64,000 nt of DNA, taken from assembly GCA_963788655.1 (NCBI GenBank), contig CAWBHS010000081.1, positions 73,187 to 137,186 of the forward strand, written 5' to 3'. Made by a program: the position numbers and the translations under genes. Under the pieces are notes generated by a model. The model ran no database searches. It worked only from the letters and a program-made list of their open reading frames with translations, and was not told the DNA's origin. The DNA comes from an uncultured Verrucomicrobiae bacterium. Lineage in GTDB: Bacteria > Verrucomicrobiota > Verrucomicrobiia > Limisphaerales > JAFGQR01. Below are positions 43,582 through 53,509 of this stretch, in pieces (within the stretch, counting starts at the first letter, position 1; every line of letters begins with the position of its first letter).

Positions 43582-45897
43582 CTACCGCGCCTTCACCTCT
43601 TCCAACCGGTCGCAATAGGCGTTGAGCACCCCGGCGATGATCTTCATTTGTCCGTCCACTTCAGCCCAGTGGCGTTGTTCGATGGCTTCGCGTACGCCCG
43701 GCAGCGTCTTCACACCGTAACCCGTTTCAAGGCCGGGGGCATAAATGCTGTGCCGATACCATTCGCGACCGGGCAAACCCTCGGGGAGGAGCAGGATTTG
43801 TTCGAGGCTTTGGAGCCGGTCATTCAAACGGGCAAGCTGGGCGCCGTCCAATTTCCTATCCGGATTGGTGGCGGCCACCAGCGCTTCATCACACGTTCGG
43901 GCGCAATGCTTGAGCCGAGCCACGGCGTTATCAAGCGGGGCGAAGTTTAGAAACGGCACATCGGATTCGCGTTTTGGCGGCAAGTTGGTTTTCGTGGGAT
44001 CCGCCGCCAATTCGAAGGCGCGTTCGTCAAGCAACCGGTGCTGCTGTTGGGTGCGCTGGCGCAAGGCGTCGGCGAGTTGGTGCAGTTCCTTCGCGTAATG
44101 CTCGACGGCTTCGGCAAAATCACTGATCCGCATCGGCAGCACGTCGGCCTCTACCACCCGCAACACAACGCGACCGTCGGTCTTGGCCAACGCCACGCCG
44201 TAGGCAAAATCCGGATCACCGAACCGCAGGAAATGGTCGAACGAATCGTAAATCGAATGGTAAATGCCGCCGTCCTCGTCCTCGCCGCCGTAATCCATAT
44301 CCAGCGCGGCGATGCCCAGGTGCTGGAGGAACGGCGTGTAATCCGAGCCGGAGCCGAGCGCGTGAATGGGAATGATCGAACTGGTGGTCAACCGTTGGGC
44401 CAATTGGCGCGCTTCCGTGGATGCGCCATTCTGGCTGCCGGCCACCAGGAGTTTTGCCCGCAGCCGTTTCCGGACGGAGACACCGGTTTGCGGATCGCGC
44501 ACGGTGGCAGCGACCTGATTCACGAGCGTTTGGAAGGTTTGACTGCCTCCCGCGCTCAGGAAGCCGCGAGCATTGCTGTCCGAATTCACGTATAACACTG
44601 CTTTGCGCTGCAGTTCCTCCGCATGGGCCTCGGCCCATTCCGTCGAACCGAGCAAGCCGGGTTCTTCGCCATCCCAACTGGCATAAACCAGCGTGCGCTT
44701 CGGCCGCCAGCCATCCTTGACCAGCGCGCCAATGGCCTTGGCTTCCGCCATCAAAGCCACATTGGCCGAAAGCGGATCCCAGGCGCCAAACACCCAACCG
44801 TCATGGTGATTGCCCCGGATGACCCATTGGTCCGGATAGTCGCTTCCGCGGATCATCGCGATCACGTCGTAAATCGGTTTCAGGCTCCAATCCGAACTGA
44901 CCGTCAGATGCACCTTGGCCGGACCCGGCCCGAGGTGGTACGTGATCGGCAACGTCCCACGCCAATTCGCCGGGGCGACCGGACCGCCCAGCGCCGCGAG
45001 CAGCGGTTGGGCGTTGGCGTAGGAAATGGGCATCACGGGAAGCTTAAGCACGGTCTTCGCCTCGGCCACCGTCAATCGTTTGGCGTCTTTGTTGGCGCCG
45101 ATGCCGGGTGTCAACGGATCGCCCGGATAAACCGGCATGTCGGCAACGGATCCGCGTTGGACGCCCTCGGCCGGACGCCAACCGCCCTGGGGATAAACAT
45201 CGCCCGCGGTATAACCGTCGTCACGCGGATCGGAATAAACGATGCAGCCGATGGCGCCGTGTTGGTGGGCCAGCTTGGGTTTAAGGCCGCGCCAGCCTCC
45301 GCCGTAACGCGCAATGACAATCCGGCCCTTCACGTCGAGCCCGTGCCGGGCCAGCTCCTGGTAGTCGTCCGGCATGCCGTGGTTCACATAAACCAATTCG
45401 GCCGTCACGTCGCCATCGCCGCCGTACGCATGATACGGCGGCAGCGCGTCAGTGGTCTTGTCCGAGGTGCGGTCGCCGTCCACGGCGGGTTCGTGCAATC
45501 GCGCGGTGAACCGGGTTGGCGCGACCATTTCCAACTGGAGCTTCTTGGGCGTGGGGAACAGCACTTCAAACGTTTCAAGGTGGGTATCCCAGCCCCACGC
45601 GCGAAACTGTTCGAGCATGAATTCGGCATTGGCCCGGTTGTGCGGAGCGCCAACGTGGTTCGGAGCCGACGACATTCGCTCGAGCCAGGCGCGCTGATCG
45701 GCGGCGTTCAAGTGGGTATCGAATTTCTGTTCCAAGTCCTTTTGGGCGGCGGCGTGTGCGGCGGTAAAACCGAGCATGCCCTTGGGCGCTTGACTCGGAG
45801 CCGCGATGAGAGTGGTGCCTGTGAACAATGACCAGGCGAGGTTGGCGCAAAGCAGTGACGTTCCCCACAAGGCTGGCGAATGGTGATTTCTTTTCAT
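43582..45897 (-). CDS. M28 peptidase, glutamate carboxypeptidase II-like (PA and TfR-dimer domains)
   Basis: GNHHDGW, WDGEEPGLLGSTEW, GSGSDY, YHSIYD, HSIYAPG; signal peptide. Confidence 0.93.
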   Translation of the reverse strand: MKRNHHSPALWGTSLLCANLAWSLFTGTTLIAAPSQAPKGMLGFTAAHAAAQKDLEQKFDTHLNAADQRAWLERMSSAPNHVGAPHNRANAEFMLEQFRAWGWDTHLETFEVLFPTPKKLQLEMVAPTRFTARLHEPAVDGDRTSDKTTDALPPYHAYGGDGDVTAELVYVNHGMPDDYQELARHGLDVKGRIVIARYGGGWRGLKPKLAHQHGAIGCIVYSDPRDDGYTAGDVYPQGGWRPAEGVQRGSVADMPVYPGDPLTPGIGANKDAKRLTVAEAKTVLKLPVMPISYANAQPLLAALGGPVAPANWRGTLPITYHLGPGPAKVHLTVSSDWSLKPIYDVIAMIRGSDYPDQWVIRGNHHDGWVFGAWDPLSANVALMAEAKAIGALVKDGWRPKRTLVYASWDGEEPGLLGSTEWAEAHAEELQRKAVLYVNSDSNARGFLSAGGSQTFQTLVNQVAATVRDPQTGVSVRKRLRAKLLVAGSQNGASTEARQLAQRLTTSSIIPIHALGSGSDYTPFLQHLGIAALDMDYGGEDEDGGIYHSIYDSFDHFLRFGDPDFAYGVALAKTDGRVVLRVVEADVLPMRISDFAEAVEHYAKELHQLADALRQRTQQQHRLLDERAFELAADPTKTNLPPKRESDVPFLNFAPLDNAVARLKHCARTCDEALVAATNPDRKLDGAQLARLNDRLQSLEQILLLPEGLPGREWYRHSIYAPGLETGYGVKTLPGVREAIEQRHWAEVDGQMKIIAGVLNAYCDRLEEVKAR

Positions 45898-46032
45898 GTC
45901 ATTTAATACTGGCAGTTTCAACGGTCAGCCTGCCCGCGTAAACCGGGTTTGACGACGATTTTTTCTGCAGCGGATTGGATTTGCCTTTGACGCGGTTCGT
46001 GTGTTTGGTGGTAGCAACATTGGCCGTATCCT

Positions 46033-46551
46033 ATGAAATCAAATCGCATTGAAATCATCGAAGGCGACATCACCCGGTTGGAGGTGGATGCCATCGTCAA
46101 TGCTGCCAACACCACGCTGCTGGGTGGTGGCGGCGTGGATGGCGCCATTCATCGCGCGGCGGGTCCGGAACTGCTCACGGAATGTCGCACGCTGAACGGT
46201 TGTCCCACCGGCGAAGCCCGCCTCACCAAAGGCTATCGGCTGCCGGCCCGTTGGGTCATTCATACGGTTGGGCCCGTGTGGCGTGATGGCCAACATCGCG
46301 AGGACGAATTGCTGGCCAATTGCTACCGCCACAGCCTCGCGCTCGCGTTGGAGAACCAGGTTCGCAGCATCGCGTTTCCCGCCATCAGCACGGGCGCCTA
46401 CGGTTTTCCCCTGGAACGGGCCACCAAGATTGCCTTGACCGAAACGCGGCAATTTCTCGAGCAAACTCCCACGTTCGAAAAAGTCATCTTCGCCTGCTTT
46501 GGCCAAACCGCCTTTCAATGTTACTCGAGACTCCTGGAGGCGACCGCGTGA
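46033..46551 (+). CDS. Macrodomain O-acetyl-ADP-ribose deacetylase (YmdB-like)
   Basis: [42 protein letters not shown]. Confidence 0.95.
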   Translation: MKSNRIEIIEGDITRLEVDAIVNAANTTLLGGGGVDGAIHRAAGPELLTECRTLNGCPTGEARLTKGYRLPARWVIHTVGPVWRDGQHREDELLANCYRHSLALALENQVRSIAFPAISTGAYGFPLERATKIALTETRQFLEQTPTFEKVIFACFGQTAFQCYSRLLEATA

Positions 46552-46580
46552 GACGGCCACCAGCGATAAAATCCCAATCG

Positions 46581-47945
46581 ATGCAAAAACATTCCGGAGG
46601 TAAGCCGTTCGTTCGCGTTACCAATTCCTCGACTGACCCGGCGGCGGATTCAGCCGGCCACAATCCCGGCCTGGCCTGGACCCGGCGCCGGTTTCTCGGA
46701 GCGCTGGGTTTGGGTTCATTGGCGGTGGCCGCCCCGGCGATAGGTGCCGACGACCAGGCCGCCACCCAAGCGGTCGCGGATTCATTCGATCGCGAAGTAA
46801 AGGCCTTCATGCGCGAGCGCAAAATTCCCGGCGGCGCGCTGGCCGTGGTCAAGGACCACCGTCTGGTTTATACCAGCGGTTATGGCTGGGCGGACAGGGA
46901 AAACGAGGTGCCGGTCAAGCCCGATTCACTGTTCCGCATTGCCAGTGTTTCCAAACCCATCACCGCCGTGGCCATCATGAAACTGGTTGAAAACGGTAAA
47001 CTGCAGTTAGACGCAAAAGCTTTTGACGTGGTGAAACTGCCGCCCGCGTTGGAACCGGACGCCAAAGCCGATCCGCGTTTACAAACCATCACCATTCGCC
47101 AACTCCTTCACCACACGGCGGGTTGGGACAATCGCAAGACGCCCGACCCCATGTTTCGGTCGCGGGAGATTGCGAATATCGTGGGCGTGATCTGTCCCCC
47201 CGAACCGCGCGACATCATTCGTTACATGCTGGGCCGGCCCCTGGACTTTGATCCGGGCACCGAATATGCCTACTCGAATTTCGGTTACTGCGTGCTCGGG
47301 CGCGTAATCGAAGAGGCCAGCGGGATGGGTTACGAAGAATTCGTGCAACAACAAATCCTGAAGCCCATGGACATCACGCGCATGCGGATCGGGGCCACCC
47401 TGCCGGAAAAATGCGCCGAGGGCGAAGTCCATTATTACATGACGCGCAACACCAAAGCCCACAGTGTCTTCGGCGCCGCCTCCCAGAAAGTGCCCTGGCC
47501 TTACGGCGGGTTTTGTCTCGAATCAATGGACGCCCACGGCGGCTGGATTGCTTCGGCGGTGGATCTGGCCCGGTTGGCCGCGGCGTTGGTGGATCCGCGC
47601 CGTTGTCCCGTGTTGGACAGCGGCACCCTTCGTTCGATGTACGAGCCGCCGGCGCCCCCGGTGTCCCGCAACCGGAAGGATGAACTGGACGATGCGTATT
47701 ATGGATTGGGCTGGATGGTCCGGCCCGTCGGTATCACCCGTAGCGCGAATTACTGGCACAGCGGCAGCCTGCCGGGAACGTTTACTTTGCTGGTGCGCCG
47801 CTGGGACGGCCTGAGCTGGGCCGCGCTGTTTAATCAACGGTCCGAAAACCTCAAACTGCCCGATGCGGCCATTGACATCGCCCTGCATCGCGCCGCGGAT
47901 CGGGTGCAGGAATGGCCGCCGGCGAATCTGTTTGAACAATGGTAG
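46581..47945 (+). CDS. Tat-exported serine hydrolase (beta-lactamase/AmpC-like family)
   Basis: TRRRFL Tat motif, SVSK, LLHHTAG, YSN, HSG. Confidence 0.9.
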   Translation: MQKHSGGKPFVRVTNSSTDPAADSAGHNPGLAWTRRRFLGALGLGSLAVAAPAIGADDQAATQAVADSFDREVKAFMRERKIPGGALAVVKDHRLVYTSGYGWADRENEVPVKPDSLFRIASVSKPITAVAIMKLVENGKLQLDAKAFDVVKLPPALEPDAKADPRLQTITIRQLLHHTAGWDNRKTPDPMFRSREIANIVGVICPPEPRDIIRYMLGRPLDFDPGTEYAYSNFGYCVLGRVIEEASGMGYEEFVQQQILKPMDITRMRIGATLPEKCAEGEVHYYMTRNTKAHSVFGAASQKVPWPYGGFCLESMDAHGGWIASAVDLARLAAALVDPRRCPVLDSGTLRSMYEPPAPPVSRNRKDELDDAYYGLGWMVRPVGITRSANYWHSGSLPGTFTLLVRRWDGLSWAALFNQRSENLKLPDAAIDIALHRAADRVQEWPPANLFEQW

Positions 47946-48025
47946 GGTCGCGCAAAAGTTCGTGGAATTACCTTGGAAAATCGTTGCACCCACGGGCGGG
48001 CTGCTTCAAATTACTGCCGCGCGGC

Positions 48026-48116
48026 GGAGAGATGGCTGAGCGGTTTAAAGCACACGCCTGGAAAGCGTGAGTGGGCTTATACCCCACCGGGAGTTCGAAT
48101 CTCCCTCTCTCCGCCA
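48026..48116 (+). tRNA. tRNA-Ser(GGA)
   Basis: GGAGAGA/TCTCTCC acceptor stem, anticodon loop CTGGAAA, long variable arm, GTTCGAATC, encoded CCA. Confidence 0.97.
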
Positions 48117-48199
48117 GTTCACTTTCTGGCAATCAAATAACCCTCGAATGCATCCCCGCGGTTCTTTGCGGTAGGCTTTTAAGCGAACAACCAGTTCGA

Positions 48200-49933
48200 T
48201 CAATCCACAATCGCTTTCTGGCTCGTGATCACGGAAGCGCCGGTGCCGTTGATGACGTGCCGGATGCCACTGTTGCGTTGGCCGGACAACCGAATCGCCA
48301 CCAGATGGTGCATTTTGACTCCAGGCGCCGTCGGCGTTTCAATGGCATTCTCAGCGATCACCGGCGCCGCATAGAACACGCAATAGACGCCCACCCCCCA
48401 GGCTTCATGGCTGGTAACCTTGTCGGCCACTTTGTACGAGGCGTAACCGGTAACACCCTCGTGCTGCCATGCTTCCTGACTCGGCGGATCGTAGGGCATT
48501 TCAGATTGGTAGAAATAGACGCGACCGCCGTTGCCGTTCCACACCGTTTGGTATTCCTGGCAATGTTCCACGAACAAACCGTAGAGAGTGACGTGGTCGC
48601 CGTTGACGATCAGTCCGTGTTTGTTGGGGTTGGAAGTCCAGCCCGCGCCCCGGCCATGGTCAGCGCGCCAGAGCCAGAAGTTGTCCCCGACCACATCGTG
48701 GCTGTTGATCGTGACCATACAGGTCGCGCTTCCCGCCTGCGCCCCGCCCGCACGGCAGAAGATGTCCCAAAGAAATATGGGATCGGCTGCGTGAGTATTA
48801 CGGCTGCCCGGCTCGCCAATTTGCACCAACGTTTCTGAGTTGTTGGTGCCGGCTTCGATCAGGAGGCCGCCCAATTTCACGCCATCCACGTCGGCGAGGG
48901 AGAGCGCGGAAGTCCCGTTAAGCGGTTGCAGCGTCGCGTAACCCAGCCCCATGACGATGGTGTCGGATCGCGTTACGCGGAGACAATCATCCAACGGATA
49001 AATACCCGGCGTGAAAATCAAGTGTTTCCCCTGATTCAACGCGGCGTTGAGGCTGGCGGCAGTGTCCGTACCGGGATGTGCCAGGTAGAACTGGTCGATG
49101 GGGATGGAATCTCCCGGCGTGGTGCCAGTGGACCAGGTAGTTCCCTGCGTGCCGTTGGTAGCGAGGCTGGGAACCCGGACAAAGTAGCGACCCACTTCGT
49201 CAATGAACAAATACGGCTTCTCCCGGACCACCGGCGTTTTTTCAATCACGGTGTACGGCGGCTGCGGCCACGTGCCCGCCGGCGGATTGACCGTACCAAC
49301 AAACACCATGTTCCAATTCCCGCCGCTCCAACGGCCCCATTCGGCGTTGCGCGAGAACCATTGCTGCTGGGAGCCGGAATTGATTTGGCCGTCAATCTTG
49401 CAGTCCGCAATGAAGCCGCCACTGGACCAACCGCCGTCCCACAGGTTCATGTCGCCCTTCACGTGGACCCGCCGCAGCGCGGTGGCCTGCGACACAGCCC
49501 ATATATTGATGTTCCGGTCCTGCGTCGGCGTGACCGACAGGTTCTCGACGCAGCGCCAGAAATTGCACGTGGCGTTATTGTTCCTCATCCAGCGGGCCTG
49601 GCACCGCACCGCGCCGGTGATGGCTACCTCGTCGGGCGATTCTCCCAATCCGAGCACCTGCGTGTAAAAACCCACTTGCACGTCGAGGTCGTATTTCCCC
49701 GGCTTGAAAAAATACGCATAACGATTGGGACCGAACTGGGCGCGTTCCTGCTGACTGAAGACCGCGTCGAGCCGATTCTGAATGTTCGTCATGGACGGAT
49801 CGAAGATCAGCACGTTCGGGCCAAAATCCGGAACGGTGCTGCCCGGCCGGGAGGGTTCGGCTCCCAAGCCGGAAACGGAGACGATCGTGGAGGCAAGCAA
49901 CAAGATGGCAAGAACGCTTCGTCGAGTTTTCAT
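48200..49933 (-). CDS. GH55-like exo-beta-1,3-glucanase
   Basis: FGPNVLIFDPSM, NFWRCVENL, WAVSQA, SGSQQQW, WLWRADHG, YGLFVEH, YQSEMPYD; signal peptide. Confidence 0.85.
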   Translation of the reverse strand: MKTRRSVLAILLLASTIVSVSGLGAEPSRPGSTVPDFGPNVLIFDPSMTNIQNRLDAVFSQQERAQFGPNRYAYFFKPGKYDLDVQVGFYTQVLGLGESPDEVAITGAVRCQARWMRNNNATCNFWRCVENLSVTPTQDRNINIWAVSQATALRRVHVKGDMNLWDGGWSSGGFIADCKIDGQINSGSQQQWFSRNAEWGRWSGGNWNMVFVGTVNPPAGTWPQPPYTVIEKTPVVREKPYLFIDEVGRYFVRVPSLATNGTQGTTWSTGTTPGDSIPIDQFYLAHPGTDTAASLNAALNQGKHLIFTPGIYPLDDCLRVTRSDTIVMGLGYATLQPLNGTSALSLADVDGVKLGGLLIEAGTNNSETLVQIGEPGSRNTHAADPIFLWDIFCRAGGAQAGSATCMVTINSHDVVGDNFWLWRADHGRGAGWTSNPNKHGLIVNGDHVTLYGLFVEHCQEYQTVWNGNGGRVYFYQSEMPYDPPSQEAWQHEGVTGYASYKVADKVTSHEAWGVGVYCVFYAAPVIAENAIETPTAPGVKMHHLVAIRLSGQRNSGIRHVINGTGASVITSQKAIVD

Positions 49934-49950
49934 GGTGATTAGCAAAGGAT

Positions 49951-50226
49951 TCAATTGGCTGATTCCAGATGCGTGCGAGTGGCGACGTAAAGCTCTTCAA
50001 CTTGAGGATCAGGCCAGGCGACGCTAAACGGGGAAAGGAACGCGATAACACGCTCCTTACTTTGCTGGGGATGCGCGCTCTTGGCCGCCCCGACGAGCAG
50101 TTCGGCATGGACTTGAAGGGGCACATGCACGTCAGTCGTCGGCACTGCATGGAGCCGGCGCATCGCTAACGGGGACTTGCCACGCAGGCAAAACACCACC
50201 GTGTTGGTGTCGAGGAAATAAGTCAC
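49951..50226 (-). pseudogene. vapC: VapC/PIN toxin, C-terminally truncated
   Basis: YFLDTN, AELLVGA, but only 91 aa and lacking the D..IAA acidic motif. Confidence 0.75.
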
Positions 50227-50235
50227 AAGCGAGTC

Positions 50236-50511
50236 TTAATTAGCGCTGTGACAATCAAGCGGTCGTATCGTACCGCGAGGGGGAGCGGCGAAAGTATCGT
50301 CGTCCGCCAGCGAACCGAATAACGTCAACCATCCGGGCGGGTAACCATTGGCCACCGCACATGCCTCCATCGCCGCGATTGCGGCGGCGCGGTCAGCCTC
50401 GGGCTTGACGCGCTCCTCGATCCATTCGGAAATGGACTTGTGCTCGCGACGCGCGGATTCCTCCACGTGCCGGACGAGGTCGGCTTTTAAATTGATGGTC
50501 AGGGTTGCCAT
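50236..50511 (-). CDS. Putative antitoxin (RHH-like)
   Basis: Small ORF directly upstream of the PIN gene; LTINL..ARREHKSISEW, LFGSLADD. Confidence 0.7.
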   Translation of the reverse strand: MATLTINLKADLVRHVEESARREHKSISEWIEERVKPEADRAAAIAAMEACAVANGYPPGWLTLFGSLADDDTFAAPPRGTIRPLDCHSAN

Positions 50512-50652
50512 GACAAAACCGTACTCGACGGCACGGCAGCGCGCAATCGAAGAAACGTGATAGAACAACGTAATTCTCGAGCCGTTGGCTTAAAGTGGCT
50601 TTGGCGCCGACCAGTCTGGCGCTCCTACGGATTTCGGACTTGGCTCGCAGCC

Positions 50653-52032
50653 TTATTTTTTCGGAAACGGCAACTTGTCCGGGATCGTCTCCGACAAGGG
50701 TGTCTCGCCGCGGATCATCTGCGTGGCGGCACCGGTCAGTTTCAAATACCAGTCCGAGGGCAGGCCTTCGTACGTGACAAAGTACTGGCCCACGGGGATT
50801 TCGTTGGAGACTTTGTAGATCGCCGTTCCTTCATTGACTTCGTCAAACATCCCGACGAACACGGTCCGAATTCCCAAGCTCTTAAAGATGGCAAATTGCC
50901 GCCAATAGAATTCGCCTTTGCGCCGCGGAATCATGGTGGTGCCGGGGGCGGTGCGACGCAGGTTGTCCCAAGAGAAACCGGGAAAGGCGGTTGGCATGTA
51001 ACCGATTCCCAACCCTTTCAACTCAGCCAGGTCACCCTCCCACACGTCATGACGCAGTCGGTCCATGCTCGCGTTGTTCCGATAGCGCCCGGCGTCCCAG
51101 GGACTGATGGCGTCGAACATCCGATAGACCTTGGCCCATCCCGGATCCGGACGTGCTTCGCCGCGCTGCGTCCGCCAGTGGGGATCGATTCCGCCGATCA
51201 AATAGATGCCTCCGTATTGCGGGTCGTTCTTGAAAAACTTGATCAATTCCTCACCTTGCTCCGACGTCCAGGGGCGGTCCCGAAAACCCAATCCCCACAG
51301 CAAGACCACGGGCTTGCCCTGATGATGAAGGTAGCGTGAATCATCGCGAAGCTTTACCTGGTCACACAGGAATTTCCAGTCGTCCATGACCATCGAGGTC
51401 CGGCCGTTGCGCCCCATCGAAAGGTCGAGCATCATTGCCCAGACGCGTCCCTCGCGGTGACAGCCCTCGCGCACGTTGGCCAACACCATGTTGACATGAC
51501 GCCGGCGAGCGGGATTCGTGGTTTCGGAGACGAACCGGCTCAAGAACACGCCGTCGATGCCATACTCACGCATCCATTGGCAGTGCAACAGCACGGGGCC
51601 TTTGCGGAAGGCGCTGTAAAGCCGGGCGGGCGAGCCATCGGGCATTTTGAGCCCCGGCACGTCGCATAAATCGTCCGGGGCATATTGGGATACCTCGGGC
51701 CACATATCGACGACGAACCGTCCGCCACCAGCGCGATCCAGTCGGCTTCCCCAATGGGAGAAACCGAATCGCGTACCATCGCCGGGTGTGTTGAACCATC
51801 CCTGGTAACCGCAGAGAACCTTCCCGTCCAAGGTCGTAGCGTCAATGTCCGTGCGCGTGGGGCCGGTGTATGGACGAAGCCACGGTTCGTCTGGCGGTTC
51901 GCTGGAAGTTTCGGCGGCACCGGCACCAACGCCGAGCAACAGCAGGAGGACCAGCGGAAAGCAGCCGGCAATCAGGGAGACAATGGTGACGCGGGAACAC
52001 TTCAGTATGCTTCGGAGGAATAGGTGTGACAT
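50653..52032 (-). CDS. GH99/GH71-like glycoside hydrolase
   Basis: GYQGWF, WMREYGIDGVFLSRF, FPGFSW, MFDEVNEGTAI; signal peptide. Confidence 0.8.
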   Translation of the reverse strand: MSHLFLRSILKCSRVTIVSLIAGCFPLVLLLLLGVGAGAAETSSEPPDEPWLRPYTGPTRTDIDATTLDGKVLCGYQGWFNTPGDGTRFGFSHWGSRLDRAGGGRFVVDMWPEVSQYAPDDLCDVPGLKMPDGSPARLYSAFRKGPVLLHCQWMREYGIDGVFLSRFVSETTNPARRRHVNMVLANVREGCHREGRVWAMMLDLSMGRNGRTSMVMDDWKFLCDQVKLRDDSRYLHHQGKPVVLLWGLGFRDRPWTSEQGEELIKFFKNDPQYGGIYLIGGIDPHWRTQRGEARPDPGWAKVYRMFDAISPWDAGRYRNNASMDRLRHDVWEGDLAELKGLGIGYMPTAFPGFSWDNLRRTAPGTTMIPRRKGEFYWRQFAIFKSLGIRTVFVGMFDEVNEGTAIYKVSNEIPVGQYFVTYEGLPSDWYLKLTGAATQMIRGETPLSETIPDKLPFPKK

Positions 52033-52071
52033 GATTGGAATTCTAGTAAAATTGTCTGGCAGCAGTATATC

Positions 52072-53382
52072 TCAAAAGTTCTTTCCGTCATCGCGAGTCG
52101 TTTCCGCTGAATCATGATTACGGTCCGCCGCCCAGATGGCACGAATGGCGTCCTCGTCGCCCAAGCCCTCAGGCACGGTTGGACTCCGGTTGTTGGCGTA
52201 GTACCAGCGCATGCTGTCTCGCGGTGAGCGCAAGGTACGGCTGCCAGGCATTTCGAGATGGCCGTTGGGGTCGGTCCGCCGCAACCAGTTCCAGGCGTAT
52301 TGCAGCCAGTTGCTGCGATACTGCCGGCTCTGGTGCGCAAACCACGTGATTTCATCGTAACCCCAAATCCAAATGCTGCCGGCGCGAGCTTGTCCCGGCG
52401 TCCGACTCACACCCCAGTTGTCGATCTCCACCAGGTAAGGCAGATGTTCGCACGTCCAACCACTGTAGGTTCTGCCGCCTTTGCTTCGGCCATAGATGCC
52501 GTCGGAAAAGCCCACCTTCAAGATGGCTTCCTGCGGCTTGTCCGGCACCTCCATGATCCGCAAGGGGAACGAATGGAAATCCATCAGCAATTGTCCGTCA
52601 CGAACCAAGCCGCCGCTGGGAACGTGCGAATCGATTAGCACGAGATGCCGACGGGCGTGTTTCGCGGCATAAGCCCGAATGAGCGAAAGCACCTGCGCAT
52701 AATGATCCAGATGACGGTCGTTATGGTTCATCAGTTCGGTCTGGCCCAAATGGATCGCTTCGCAGCCCACGTCGATGAACGAGGCCCCCAGGTAATAGAA
52801 CCAGCGCTTGGTTTCGGGCTGGCTCACATCGGGAACTGAGTTGCCCGATCGCCAATGGTCTTTGAACTGCCCATCCGGATAAAGCATGTCCGCGTACCGG
52901 AAATTCCGTTTTTCCACCGGCTCTCCGAAGGCACCAAACACCCAATCCGGCACCGGCACTTGATCCACCTGCCGGGTTACGATTTCGAAGATGCAGGCTT
53001 GCAAAATCATGTCCGGGTCAGCGGCAAGGACCTGCGGCAACTGTTGCTTCGCTCGTTCGAGATTGCGCAGCAGATTGGCTTCGCCGCCCCACAGGCATAG
53101 GCTGCGTCCAATGAACTTCGCGCCCGTGCGCTTGAGCATCCGGATGTTGTCCTCGAGGTCGCCCCGGCCGTTGAGCAGGCCCTCCATGGTAATTGATCGC
53201 GATAGATAGTTCTCCAACACCTCCCGCGAGATCGTCTTATCAAACTGATAGTTGGGGGTATCCGAAACCGACGGTTCGCCCGCAGCGTCCAGTCGGATTT
53301 CACTAAACAAGCAGCCGATGACCAGGTAAACAACGGTCCAGCAGCCAGCTTTCCGCGCGCTTTGAAGAAAGGAACTTTTCAT
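52072..53382 (-). CDS. Secreted hypothetical protein, possibly glycoside hydrolase-like
   Basis: 436 aa, signal peptide, EAIHLGQ and LVEIDN motifs, next to GH genes. Confidence 0.65.
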   Translation of the reverse strand: MKSSFLQSARKAGCWTVVYLVIGCLFSEIRLDAAGEPSVSDTPNYQFDKTISREVLENYLSRSITMEGLLNGRGDLEDNIRMLKRTGAKFIGRSLCLWGGEANLLRNLERAKQQLPQVLAADPDMILQACIFEIVTRQVDQVPVPDWVFGAFGEPVEKRNFRYADMLYPDGQFKDHWRSGNSVPDVSQPETKRWFYYLGASFIDVGCEAIHLGQTELMNHNDRHLDHYAQVLSLIRAYAAKHARRHLVLIDSHVPSGGLVRDGQLLMDFHSFPLRIMEVPDKPQEAILKVGFSDGIYGRSKGGRTYSGWTCEHLPYLVEIDNWGVSRTPGQARAGSIWIWGYDEITWFAHQSRQYRSNWLQYAWNWLRRTDPNGHLEMPGSRTLRSPRDSMRWYYANNRSPTVPEGLGDEDAIRAIWAADRNHDSAETTRDDGKNF

Positions 53383-53509
53383 GTCAGTGATTTATGACAC
53401 GATCATGGCAAGTGGGATCCGCGTTGCCGAGTCTTATTTACATTCCACCGCCAGTGGTTTTGCTTTGACTATTCGCCGTTCGTCTGGTCTAATCTTATCG
53501 GAATTCACA

